Shown here: in pieces, positions 28,570 through 37,726 of the stretch
Position numbering within the stretch: position 1 is the first letter of the stretch
How the letters are laid out: every line of letters begins with the position of its first letter
Assembly: GCA_963805975.1 (NCBI GenBank)
Contig: CAWDVR010000003.1
Location: 416,001 to 480,000, forward strand
Direction: 5' to 3'
DNA from: an uncultured Acidobacteriota bacterium
Lineage (GTDB): Bacteria > Acidobacteriota > Thermoanaerobaculia > Multivoradales > SZUA-115
DNA: 64,000 nucleotides
Notes under the pieces: generated by a model
What the model was told of the DNA's origin: nothing
What the model saw: the letters and a program-made list of their open reading frames with translations, nothing else
Database searches by the model: none
Made by a program: the position numbers and the translations under genes

Positions 28570-30624
28570 ATGAGAACACGACTCGCCGTCAATGTCTTCC
28601 TCGTTCTCGCCGTTTTTCCGTCCTTCGTCGCAACACAAGCGCCGCGCCTTCCGGCCGAGGACAAGCTCGCGGTCTCCCGCGCCGAGGGATTGTTCCGCGC
28701 CGGCGAGGAGAGCGGCGAGCTGGCGGTGGAAGCCACGTTCCTGTTCCAGTCGCCCACGACGGCCGGGCAGCAGGGCCGGCTCGCCGTGCTGGTGGACCTG
28801 GCGCCGGTCCGCTCCTACGCGGGGCCGACGGCGGCCCCGGCCGGCACGCGATTCAAGCTCTCGCTGGTTGCCGACAACCGCGACGGCGATACCTGGATCG
28901 CCCACCAGACCATCGAGGCCCCGGCGGCGGCCGGGGCTCCGTTCTGGTCCTACGAGGCGGTGGTCGAGCTGCCGGGCGAGCTGCGCGACCTGGCGGTGAT
29001 CGTCGAGGAGCCGGCGAGCGGCCTGTGGGGCGGCGCCGTGGCCGAGGCCACCGACGAGGAGCTCGGGGCGCCGCGGGAAGCGGCCGTGTCCGTGGGTTCC
29101 GGCGTCTGGTCGGTGCTCGAGGCGGGAGGCGGCGGCCAAGCCGGGGCGCAGGCGCCGAGCCCTGCGCCGCAGCCGGCGGGAGCACCCCCGGTCGCCACCA
29201 CGCCCCCGGGCGGGGCTCCATCCCACGCCGGAAGTGTGCCGCCGCTCCTCGCGGCGCCCGCGGGCGAAGCCGGCTCCGCGGCGCCCGGTTCGGTGATCCG
29301 CCTGCTGCCGCCGCGCGGCCGGCGGCCGGAGAAGGGGGCCCGTTTCGACACCCTGGTCGCCGACTACGAGGTGGCGAAGGTCGAGTTCTACCTCGACGGC
29401 AAGAAGGTCTCGACCGCCACCAAGGAGCCCTTCGAGGCCCGTCTGGACCTCACCGGGCCGGGCACGGGCCAGACCGTGAAGGTGGTGGCGCTCGCCGGCG
29501 ACGGCCGCGAGCTGGGGAGCGACGCCCTGGTGGTGAACGACCCGGCGCGCTCGCTCCGCATCCGCCTCTCGAAGGTCGAGGGCGACCCGGCCGCGGGGAG
29601 CCTCGACGTCGAGGCGCAGGTGGCCGTGCCTTCCACGGTGCGGCTCGAGCGCGTCGAGCTCTACTGGAACGAGACGCTGGCGGCGCGCTTCACCGCGCCG
29701 CCCTACGCCGCCAAGGTGGCGACCGGCGGCCGGGTGGGCGAGGCGGACTACGTGCGCGCCGTGGCCTACGCGGCGGACGGCACCTCGGTCGAGGACGTGC
29801 GGCTGATGGCCTCCCGCGGCGTGGCCGAGGCGGTGGAGGTGACCCTGGTGCAGCTCTACGCCGTGGTCACCGACGGCGCCGGCAAGCCGGTGCGCGACCT
29901 CGGGCGCGAGGACTTCTCGGTGCAGCTCGGCGGCCGGGCGCAGGAGATCGCCAACGTCTCCTTCGCCACCGACGTGCCCCTGCTCCTGGGGCTGGTGATC
30001 GACACCTCGGGCAGCATGGAGCACATCATGAACGAGACCAAGCAGGCGGCGGGGCAGTTCCTGGACGGCGCGGTGCGGGACGGCGACCAGGCCTTCCTGG
30101 TGGACTTTTCGACCCGCCCCCGGCTGCGCCACCGTGCCACCGGCGACGTGATGGAGCTCATCACTAGCTTCCGTGGCATGCGCGCCGACGGTTTCACCGC
30201 ACTCTTCGACTCGATCATCTTCTCCCTGCTCGAGTTCTCGCGCGGCTCCTCGCGGCGCGCCCTGGTGCTGCTCTCGGACGGCGACGACTACGGCAGCCGC
30301 TTCGGCTCGCGGCGCGTGGTGCAGTACTCGCAGCGCATGGGGGTGCCGGTCTACGTGATCGTGCTCGGCGGCGAGCGGGCGATCCGCGGCTCGAGCCGGC
30401 TGGACCTCGAAGGCGTTACGGCCGAGTCCGGCGGGCGCCTCTACTTCGCGGACACCATGGACGACCTCGCCGGCTCCTACGCCGAGATCAACGACGAGCT
30501 GCGCAGCCAGTACCTCGTCACCTTCTACGCCCCGGCGGGGGCCAACCTCGACGCCTTGCGCGACGTGGAGGTCAAGGTCAAGCGCAAGGGCCTCGAGGTG
30601 CGCTCGGTGGTGGGGGTCGAGTAG
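28570..30624 (+). CDS. secreted VWA-domain protein with Ig-like domains
   Basis: KVEFYLDG..PF Ig-like repeats, IDTSGSM MIDAS motif, TALFD and LSDGDD. Confidence 0.85.
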   Translation: MRTRLAVNVFLVLAVFPSFVATQAPRLPAEDKLAVSRAEGLFRAGEESGELAVEATFLFQSPTTAGQQGRLAVLVDLAPVRSYAGPTAAPAGTRFKLSLVADNRDGDTWIAHQTIEAPAAAGAPFWSYEAVVELPGELRDLAVIVEEPASGLWGGAVAEATDEELGAPREAAVSVGSGVWSVLEAGGGGQAGAQAPSPAPQPAGAPPVATTPPGGAPSHAGSVPPLLAAPAGEAGSAAPGSVIRLLPPRGRRPEKGARFDTLVADYEVAKVEFYLDGKKVSTATKEPFEARLDLTGPGTGQTVKVVALAGDGRELGSDALVVNDPARSLRIRLSKVEGDPAAGSLDVEAQVAVPSTVRLERVELYWNETLAARFTAPPYAAKVATGGRVGEADYVRAVAYAADGTSVEDVRLMASRGVAEAVEVTLVQLYAVVTDGAGKPVRDLGREDFSVQLGGRAQEIANVSFATDVPLLLGLVIDTSGSMEHIMNETKQAAGQFLDGAVRDGDQAFLVDFSTRPRLRHRATGDVMELITSFRGMRADGFTALFDSIIFSLLEFSRGSSRRALVLLSDGDDYGSRFGSRRVVQYSQRMGVPVYVIVLGGERAIRGSSRLDLEGVTAESGGRLYFADTMDDLAGSYAEINDELRSQYLVTFYAPAGANLDALRDVEVKVKRKGLEVRSVVGVE

Positions 30625-30650
30625 CACCACGGCCGCGGTTCGCGAACGGC

Positions 30651-31940
30651 TCAGGGCGGTGGCTGGACGCGCCGGGGCTTGACGAAGATCCGCTCGAGCT
30701 CGCGGCCGGGCTGGGCCGTCGTCGCCGGGCGTGCCAGGAGCGTGGTGCGCTTGCCCGTCACCCAGGTCTCCGGCGTCGCGGCCGTCATGGGCAGCCCTTT
30801 GGCGGTCTCCACCACCCGGCGCGAGGCCACGTCCCACACCGCGGTCTCGGCCACCGTCGCCCGCGCCGCCACCAGTCGGCTCAGGGTGGCACGGCCGAGG
30901 GTGAGCGGCGCGGTGCTGAGGGAGCGCTTCTCCTGGGCCACCAGCAGCGCATGGCCGGCGTCCTGGGCCCAGCCCACCACCTTGCCGAGCGTGGCCGGCG
31001 GCTTGGAGACGGGCTCGCCGGAGCTCCGGTCTCGCAACTCGACGCAGCCGGCACCGCCGCGCTCCGGCCGGCAGGAGCCGCGCTCGATCAGCTCGTACGA
31101 CTGCTCGAGGTAGAAGGCACCGTCCGGCGAGACGTGGAAGGCGCCCGAGGGCACGGTGGAGACCCGCCGCGCGGCCACGTCGTAGCGCAGCACTTTCTTC
31201 GGCGGCTCGTCGGCCAGCACCCGGAGCAGCACCGCGTTCTCGCGCCCGCCGGTGGCCCACCCCAGCTCGTAGGGGTCGGCGGCCGCGATCGGCTCCGTGG
31301 CGCCGGTCGCGATGTCCATCAGGAAGGCGCCGCGCGGCAGGAAACCGACGCCGCCCTCGTAGTAGTCGCCCACGATGTAGGCGATCTGCTTCTCGTCCGG
31401 GCTGAAGAGGTAGCGCTGCACGTTGTCCTGGACGCGGCGGACCTCCCGGCCCGCGGCGTCGAGGACCACCAGCTCGTTTCTCGGCGGCACCTGGTACTCG
31501 CCGTCGACCACCACGCCGTCCGTCGACTCGAGCACCGCGGTGTAGCGGCTGGCCGGCGACACCGCCACCTCGAACAGCACCTTGTTCTCGGCCGCGCGGT
31601 AGAGCGGGATGCTCTTCTTCGTCACCAGGTCGGCTCTGAGCAGGAGGCGGCGGTCGGTCGTGTCGCGCTTGACGAGGAGCGGCTGCGGCTCGGCCACGGG
31701 CGGCTGTGCCGCAACGGCCGCCGCGATCGGCGGGGCGACCGCGGCCCGCGGGGAGGTTCTCCCGGTCCGTGCATCGACGGCGCCGGCTCTTGGCCGAGCG
31801 TCGGCTCTCCCGGCCCGTGCATCGACGGCCGGTTGGCGCGTTGGCCGCTCGGCCCGCGGCTGCTGGGCCAGAGAGCCGGCAGCCGCGAGCACGGCCAGGA
31901 GGCAGCAGCCGGCGACCTTCCAGGCAACGTGGCCGCTCAC
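30651..31940 (-). CDS. secreted beta-propeller-like (TolB/WD40-like) protein
   Basis: GTGA overlap with the upstream gene, signal peptide, repeated VSPA/FSPD/VSPDG blade motifs. Confidence 0.6.
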   Translation of the reverse strand: MSGHVAWKVAGCCLLAVLAAAGSLAQQPRAERPTRQPAVDARAGRADARPRAGAVDARTGRTSPRAAVAPPIAAAVAAQPPVAEPQPLLVKRDTTDRRLLLRADLVTKKSIPLYRAAENKVLFEVAVSPASRYTAVLESTDGVVVDGEYQVPPRNELVVLDAAGREVRRVQDNVQRYLFSPDEKQIAYIVGDYYEGGVGFLPRGAFLMDIATGATEPIAAADPYELGWATGGRENAVLLRVLADEPPKKVLRYDVAARRVSTVPSGAFHVSPDGAFYLEQSYELIERGSCRPERGGAGCVELRDRSSGEPVSKPPATLGKVVGWAQDAGHALLVAQEKRSLSTAPLTLGRATLSRLVAARATVAETAVWDVASRRVVETAKGLPMTAATPETWVTGKRTTLLARPATTAQPGRELERIFVKPRRVQPPP

Positions 31941-32884
31941 GGCGAGCCCCCGGCCGCGGACGGTGCGTTCAGGCGCAGGTGGAAATGATTGCTGTGGCCC
32001 GGGGCGTAGGCCAGCACCTGGCGCTCGCTGCCGAGCTGGCGGCTGTCGAAGCCCAGGCGGTCCACGTCGGCGAAGATCACGTTGACGTTGCAGTGGTCGA
32101 GGATGAGCTTCATCAGCGCCTGGGTGGCGTCCGCGTCGTAGGCCTCCGGGTCGCGGCGGATGTCGAGCGGATGGCTCTTGCCGTCGCGCCGCACGTAGCG
32201 CAGGTCGACGTCGAGGCCGTTCTGGTGCGAGCGGTGGGGCCGGAACCGGCCGCCGCCGCGCTGCGAGAGGTCGTTCACGTTGAGCTCCCGGCCGGTGGCC
32301 TCCCACTCGCGCCCCACGGTCTCGAGGCAGGCGAGGAGGGCCAGCGAGCCCCAGTCGTCGGCGTCCACCGGATCGCCGCCGCGGTTGTGGACATAGCCCG
32401 TGCCGCGGTCCTTCAGGTTGACGCTGCCGTCCAGCCGGCCGGCGTAGTAGGAGCCCCCGGGGCGGCTAGGGTCGGTGTCGCAGCCCGGAAGCTGGAACGG
32501 CACGTAGCCGGACTCGGAGTTGTTGCGTTCGATCGTGTCGCTGATGCCGTCGCCGTCCTCGTCCCAGCCGGCGGCGGTGCCGCAGAGGATCGGCGGCGTC
32601 ACGACTTCCGTTTCGGTCGCGGCGCCAGCCGTCTCGTTCTCGCTACTAGCACTCCCGGCATCGGTCGGCACGCCGGTGTGGCCTGGCCCTGCGGGTTCGC
32701 CCGGCTTTCCGGGGTCTCCCGGCTGTCCAGGGTTGCCCGGCTCTCCAGGGTTAGAGGCACCGGCGTCCGGTGTTTCGGTGGCGGTTACGGCACCACCCGG
32801 CGCCGGGCGGTCTTCCTTCGAGCAGGCCAGGCCGAGGGTGGCGGCGAGCACGAGCGAGGTGAGGAGGACGGGGCGCAGGTCCAC
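31937..32884 (-). CDS. lipoprotein with MepA-like (LAS/Hedgehog-fold) murein endopeptidase domain
   Basis: LGLAC lipobox, PGx linker, DEDGDGISD motif, NDLS..GG...HRSHQNGLDVD and HSNHFH. Confidence 0.8.
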   Translation of the reverse strand: MDLRPVLLTSLVLAATLGLACSKEDRPAPGGAVTATETPDAGASNPGEPGNPGQPGDPGKPGEPAGPGHTGVPTDAGSASSENETAGAATETEVVTPPILCGTAAGWDEDGDGISDTIERNNSESGYVPFQLPGCDTDPSRPGGSYYAGRLDGSVNLKDRGTGYVHNRGGDPVDADDWGSLALLACLETVGREWEATGRELNVNDLSQRGGGRFRPHRSHQNGLDVDLRYVRRDGKSHPLDIRRDPEAYDADATQALMKLILDHCNVNVIFADVDRLGFDSRQLGSERQVLAYAPGHSNHFHLRLNAPSAAGGSP

Positions 32885-32888
32885 GGCT

Positions 32889-33665
32889 CTACCTCACGAT
32901 CTCGCTCTGCAAGTAGGCGTAGAAGAACGGCGTCGCCGCGGCGCTGAAGACGTGCCACAGGGCGTGCCCCTGCCAGAAGGAGTCGGGAGTGCAGAAGGCG
33001 CCGTCGGTCTTCGACGGCACCCAGACCGCGAACGCAGTGCCGAAGAGGGCGATGCCGGCGAAGAGACCGATCGGGTCGCGCGAGATGCGGTCCGAATAGC
33101 CGACCGCGATCTCGGAGGCGATCACCGCCGTGATCAGGATCACGAAGGTGAGGATGCCCATGTGCTCCCAGGTGATGAACCAGGTGAGAAGACCAAATGT
33201 GAGCGTGATCCCGAGGTAGAGCAGCACGAAGACGAGGGGCTTGAAGCCGGTGAGCCGCATCAGGTCGTAGCAGAAGAAGAAGGTGAGGAACATGTTCATC
33301 GACAGGTTGTCCACCCAGCCACCCCACTCCTTCTGCGAGGCGTGGAGGAACATGCTGCCCGGCCCCAGCCAGATGACCAGGCAGCCGAAGAGGATCGAGA
33401 ACAGGCTGGAGACCGCCATCGGGTTGGCGGGCGAGCCGGTCTTCTTCTGCAGCGAGACGAAGAACAGGATGCCGAGCCCGGCCAGCACGAACGCCATGTC
33501 CGACCAGGTGTTGACCGGCTGGCGGAACATGCTGTCGCGCCGCACCCGCTCGCAGTACTTGTTGGGCTCGTCGGCAGCCCCCACCCCACCCCAGTCGAGC
33601 AGGCCGCCGATCAAGAGAGCCGTCATCATGACGGCGAAGGCAATCGCACCGATCAGAAGCGCCAT
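32889..33665 (-). CDS. CREST-superfamily (alkaline ceramidase-like) membrane hydrolase
   Basis: YCER, NTWS, GSMFLHAS (SxxxH), D and HALWH (HxxxH) motifs; about 7 TM segments. Confidence 0.82.
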   Translation of the reverse strand: MALLIGAIAFAVMMTALLIGGLLDWGGVGAADEPNKYCERVRRDSMFRQPVNTWSDMAFVLAGLGILFFVSLQKKTGSPANPMAVSSLFSILFGCLVIWLGPGSMFLHASQKEWGGWVDNLSMNMFLTFFFCYDLMRLTGFKPLVFVLLYLGITLTFGLLTWFITWEHMGILTFVILITAVIASEIAVGYSDRISRDPIGLFAGIALFGTAFAVWVPSKTDGAFCTPDSFWQGHALWHVFSAAATPFFYAYLQSEIVR

Positions 33666-33905
33666 GGTCCTCCCCGTAAGACTTCCGGCCCCGGCTGGGA
33701 AGCGGGGCCGCGAGATCGGGAAGGAGAGGCGGATCGGAGGGGTGGAGCGTTACAGGGCGGCGAGGAACCTGTAAGAAAACCTGGCCACCGGAGTTATCGG
33801 ATTGACCTTCCGCGGAGCCACCCAGTCGCATCTCGGGCTCACCGGTCGGTCGCGTGAACCCGGCGGCGCTGGTTTCCGTCTCTCTCGGCGAAGGAGGGCC
33901 CGCTC

Positions 33906-36356
33906 ATGCACGACCTGTTCAAGGAAATCCGCCTGGCCTTGCGCCAGCTCGCCCGCCGGCCGGGGATCAACGGCCTGGCGGTCCTCTCGCTCGCCCTGGG
34001 CATCGGGGTCAACACCACGATCTTCACGCTGGTCAACGCGGTGCTGCTGCGCGGCGTGCCGGCGGCCGAGCCCGACGAGCTGGTGGCGGTCTACATGAGC
34101 GAGGGGGAGAAGTTCCGCTACGCCACCGCCTCGTACCTCGACTACGTCGATCTCCGGGACGGCAACACCGTGTTCTCCGAGCTCTCCGCCTACGACGTGG
34201 CGGTGGCGAGCTACGAGACCGGCGATGCCACCGAGCTGCTCTTCGGCCAGCACGTCACCGGCAACTACTTCCCCATGCTGGGGTTGTCGCTCGCCGCCGG
34301 CCGCGGCTTCGAGGCCGAGGACCGCGAGCCGCCCGGCTCGCAGCCGGTGGTGGTGCTCGGTCACCGCTTCTGGCAGCAGCGCTACCGCGGCGACCCCGGG
34401 GTCGTCGGCCAGACGATCCGCTTGAACGGCAAGCCGCTGACCATCCTCGGCGTGGCGCCGGCGAAGCTCTCCGGCAGCTTCCCCGGCATCGTGGCGGACT
34501 ACTGGCTGCCGATGTCGATGCGCGACGTGATGAACGAGGGCCAGGACCTTGCCGAGCGGGGCAACCGCTCGCTGTGGCTCCAGGGCCGCCTGCGCCCCGG
34601 CTCCACCCTGGCCGCGGCGCAGAGCCAGCTCGGGACGATCGCCGCGCGGCTGGCGGCGGCCTACCCGGACTCGAACCAGAACCGCCAGGTCTTCCTGGTG
34701 CCGAGCCAGGACGTGGCGCTCAACCCGGCGATCGACAAGCCGGTGCTCGGGGTCGCGACGCTGCTGCTGGTGGTGGCGGCGCTGGTGCTCCTGATCGCCT
34801 GCTCGAACATCGCCAACCTGCTCCTCGCCCGCGCCTCCGACCGCGCGCGGGAGATCGCCATCCGCCTCGCCATCGGCTCCGGCCGCTGGCAGCTCGTGCG
34901 CCAGCTCCTGGCGGAGAGCCTGCTGCTGGCGCTGGCGGGAGGCGCGCTCGGGCTGCTCTTCGCGCTATGGGCGGCGCAGCTCCTGGTGAGCTTCAAGCCG
35001 CCGCTTCCGATCCCCATCAATCTCGACCTGTCGCCCGACCTCTCGGTCTTCGGCTACGCGCTGGCCCTCGCCCTCGGCACCGGTCTCGCCTGCGGCCTGA
35101 TCCCGGCGCTCAGGGCCTCACGGCCGCGGCTGGTCTCGGCGCTCAAGGGCGAGAGGGCGACCCTGCCCGGTCGCCTGCGCCGGCTCTCACTGCGCAACGC
35201 GCTCGTGGTCTGGCAGGTGGCGCTCTCGACCGTGCTCTTGATCGGCGCCGGTCTCTTCCTGCGCAGCCTGGGGCAGGCGCAGGCGATCGACCCCGGCTTC
35301 ACCCTGCGCCGGGGCGCGGTGGCGAACGTGGCCCTGGGCCTGGGCGGCGCCTACACGCCGGAGGAGGGCCGCGTGTTCTACCGCGAGGTCACGGAGCGGC
35401 TGGCCGCGCTGCCGGGCGTCACCGGGGTGGCGCTCACCGAGCACCTGCCGCTCTCCGGCAACGTCCACCTCACCGGCATCGAGCTCGAGAGCCGGCCGGT
35501 GGCGGACGAGGACGACGAGCTGCCGGTAGACACCGCCTCGGTGGGCCCGGGCTACTTCCAGACCCTGGGCGTCGCGCTCACCGACGGCCGCGATTTTTCG
35601 CTCGCCGACGGCCCCGGCGCCCCCGGCGTGGTGATCGTCAACCAGGCCGCGGCCGCGAGCTTCTGGCCCGGCGAGGCCGCGGTCGGCAAGCGGCTGCGGC
35701 TGGGCAAGGAAGATCCCTGGCTGACGGTGGCCGGTGTGGTGGCCAACGGCAAGTACCGCACCCTGGGCGAGGCGCCGCGGCCCTTCCTCTACAGCAACCT
35801 GCAGCAGGACTACGGCTCGATGTTCTCGATCGTGGTGGCGGCGCAGAGCGACGAGCGGGCGCTCCTGCCCGTGCTGCGCGAGGAGCTGCGGCAGATGGAC
35901 CCGAGCCTGCCGATCTTCGGCCTCAAGACCATGACCGAGCACCTGAGCTTCATGCTCTTTCCGGCGCGCATGGCCGCGGTGCTGCTCTCGGCCTTCGGCG
36001 TCCTGGGGCTGATCCTGGCCTCGGTGGGCCTCTACGGCGTGGTGGCCTACGCGGTGGCGCGCCGCACCCGCGAGGTGGGGATCCGCATGGCGATCGGCGC
36101 CGGCCCGCGGGACGTGCTGCGGCTGGTGGTGGGCGAGGGCATGGGCCTGGTAGGGGTCGGGCTCGCGGCCGGCATCGCGCTGGCGCTCGCCGGCTCGCGG
36201 GTCCTGGGCAGCCTGCTCTACGGCATCAGCCAGGTCGACCCCGTGACCTTCGTCACCGTGCCGCTCCTGCTCCTCACCGTCGCCCTGGTAGCCAACCTCC
36301 TCCCCGCCCGCCGAGCCACCGCGATCGCGCCGGTGGTGGCCCTGCGGCAGGAGTAG
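33906..36356 (+). CDS. ADOP-type duplicated MacB/FtsX ABC permease
   Basis: LALGIGVNTTIF, LLIACSNIANLLLAR and RTREVGIRMAIGA motifs. Confidence 0.92.
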   Translation: MHDLFKEIRLALRQLARRPGINGLAVLSLALGIGVNTTIFTLVNAVLLRGVPAAEPDELVAVYMSEGEKFRYATASYLDYVDLRDGNTVFSELSAYDVAVASYETGDATELLFGQHVTGNYFPMLGLSLAAGRGFEAEDREPPGSQPVVVLGHRFWQQRYRGDPGVVGQTIRLNGKPLTILGVAPAKLSGSFPGIVADYWLPMSMRDVMNEGQDLAERGNRSLWLQGRLRPGSTLAAAQSQLGTIAARLAAAYPDSNQNRQVFLVPSQDVALNPAIDKPVLGVATLLLVVAALVLLIACSNIANLLLARASDRAREIAIRLAIGSGRWQLVRQLLAESLLLALAGGALGLLFALWAAQLLVSFKPPLPIPINLDLSPDLSVFGYALALALGTGLACGLIPALRASRPRLVSALKGERATLPGRLRRLSLRNALVVWQVALSTVLLIGAGLFLRSLGQAQAIDPGFTLRRGAVANVALGLGGAYTPEEGRVFYREVTERLAALPGVTGVALTEHLPLSGNVHLTGIELESRPVADEDDELPVDTASVGPGYFQTLGVALTDGRDFSLADGPGAPGVVIVNQAAAASFWPGEAAVGKRLRLGKEDPWLTVAGVVANGKYRTLGEAPRPFLYSNLQQDYGSMFSIVVAAQSDERALLPVLREELRQMDPSLPIFGLKTMTEHLSFMLFPARMAAVLLSAFGVLGLILASVGLYGVVAYAVARRTREVGIRMAIGAGPRDVLRLVVGEGMGLVGVGLAAGIALALAGSRVLGSLLYGISQVDPVTFVTVPLLLLTVALVANLLPARRATAIAPVVALRQE

Positions 36357-36399
36357 GGGGAGGCTTCAGGCTGGGGCCAGTGTCCTCAAGAGCTGGCCG

Positions 36400-36545
36400 C
36401 TCACTGCTGGCGAAGTCTTCAAGCTGGGCGGAGGTGTCGACGACGGCCCGCTCACGCGACTCTCCGAGGTCGATGTCCAGCCGGATCTTGCCCTTGAGCT
36501 TCATCGCCTTCTCGTAGGCCGCGGCCCGCCGTACGACACGACGCG
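36400..36545 (-). pseudogene. probable degraded vapB-vapC relic
   Basis: RRAAAYEKAMKLKGKIRLDIDLGESRER resembles a VapB C-terminus and is fused to VVDTSA, the first strand of a PIN domain. The rest is absent. Confidence 0.45.
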
Positions 36546-36547
36546 GG

Positions 36548-37222
36548 TCAGGCGTCGTCGCTCTCATCTCGCACCCAGATCTTGCCGGCGGCGCGCCAGC
36601 CGAGGGTCAGCGTGTCGCCGTTCTCCATGCGGATCTCGACGGCGTCGGCCGCTTCCTCGCGGGAGAGCACCACGAGGCGGGTGCCGAGCGTCAGGCCGCG
36701 CTTCTCGAGCAGGCGCAGGAACTCGGCGCTCTGGTCGGACACGCGCGCCACCTCGACGGGCACGGCGACGGCGGAGGTGAGGAGGGTGGGGAGGTCCGGC
36801 TCCTCGACCACGCCCTCGGCCGAGGGGATGGGATCGCCGTGGGGATCGACCGAGGGGTGGCCGAGCATCTGGTCCATGCGCTCGAGCAGGCGGTCGGAGA
36901 TGGCGTGCTCCAGCAGCTCGGCCTCGTCGTGGACCTCGCTCCAGTCGAGGCCCATGACCTTGACCAGGAAGAGCTCCACCAGCCGGTGCCGGCGCAGGAC
37001 GTGCGCCGCGAGCTGGCGGCCCGAGGCGGTGAGGGTGACGCCGCCGTAGGGCTCGTAACGCACCAGGCCGCTGTCGGCGAGCGCTTTCACCATCGCGGTA
37101 GCGGTACCGGGCGCCACGCGGAGCGCGCCTGCCACGTAGCCGGTCGAGACCAGCGCACCGGGGCTGCGCTGCTCCTCGAGCAGGATCTGCTTCAGGTAGT
37201 CCTCGACGGTGCTGGTGGCCAC
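36548..37222 (-). CDS. DtxR/MntR-family metal-dependent regulator with FeoA domain
   Basis: TVEDYLK, LRRHRLVELFL, VHDEAELLEHAIS and DPHGDPIP motifs. Confidence 0.95.
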   Translation of the reverse strand: MATSTVEDYLKQILLEEQRSPGALVSTGYVAGALRVAPGTATAMVKALADSGLVRYEPYGGVTLTASGRQLAAHVLRRHRLVELFLVKVMGLDWSEVHDEAELLEHAISDRLLERMDQMLGHPSVDPHGDPIPSAEGVVEEPDLPTLLTSAVAVPVEVARVSDQSAEFLRLLEKRGLTLGTRLVVLSREEAADAVEIRMENGDTLTLGWRAAGKIWVRDESDDA

Positions 37223-37257
37223 CCGGCAAGCCTATCCCAGGGCCCGAGGACGAGAGG

Positions 37258-37338
37258 ACCCTGCCTGGAGGCTCTGGTCCGGTGCTCGACGCCCCCTCCG
37301 GGTAACGCTGCGCTCCTCCCATAGCCTCCAGGCAGGGT
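37258..37338. repeat. long-stem hairpin element, copy 3
   Basis: 20-bp inverted repeat with 1 mismatch, 37258-37277/37319-37338, around a 41-nt core nearly identical to copy 1 (minus strand). Confidence 0.85.
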
Positions 37339-37469
37339 GTCCCCTCGCAGGCCGTCGCGTTGACAGGGCTGAGAGCGCGAGTGACAATGCTCCGCATCGA
37401 GTCGCAACAATACGGATCTGCCGATCGGGGTGAAGCTCGCCGCGACCGGTCCAACGAGGGAGGAATCGT

Positions 37470-37646
37470 ATGAGCACACAGGGCAAGGCTCCGCGCCAGA
37501 TCACCTGGGTCATCTGTCTGGTTCTCTTCCTCGTCGCGGTGCTGGCGCACTTCGGCGTCATCCAGGTGGATGCCCGGTACGCCGACTGGTCCTGGATCAT
37601 CGGCTACGCCCTGCTGCTCCTCGCCGTCCAGGTCCGCGGCCTGTAG
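37470..37646 (+). CDS. small two-TM membrane protein (58 aa)
   Basis: Own translation: MSTQGKAPRQITWVICLVLFLVAVLAHFGVIQVDARYADWSWIIGYALLLLAVQVRGL. GGAGGA SD. Below the ORF-track cutoff. Confidence 0.8.
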   Translation: MSTQGKAPRQITWVICLVLFLVAVLAHFGVIQVDARYADWSWIIGYALLLLAVQVRGL

Positions 37647-37726
37647 CGGGCCGCGGAACCGTTCCAACGCGTAGCTCAGCCGCTCTCGCCGACGGGCTAT
37701 AGTGCCCGGCGGGAGGACGTTCCGGC

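Noticed and set aside
31760-31830. Direct repeat CCGTGCATCGACGGC, and PGx repeats at ~32690-32750
   Set aside because: These are short intragenic linker duplications in low-complexity protein regions, not independent elements.
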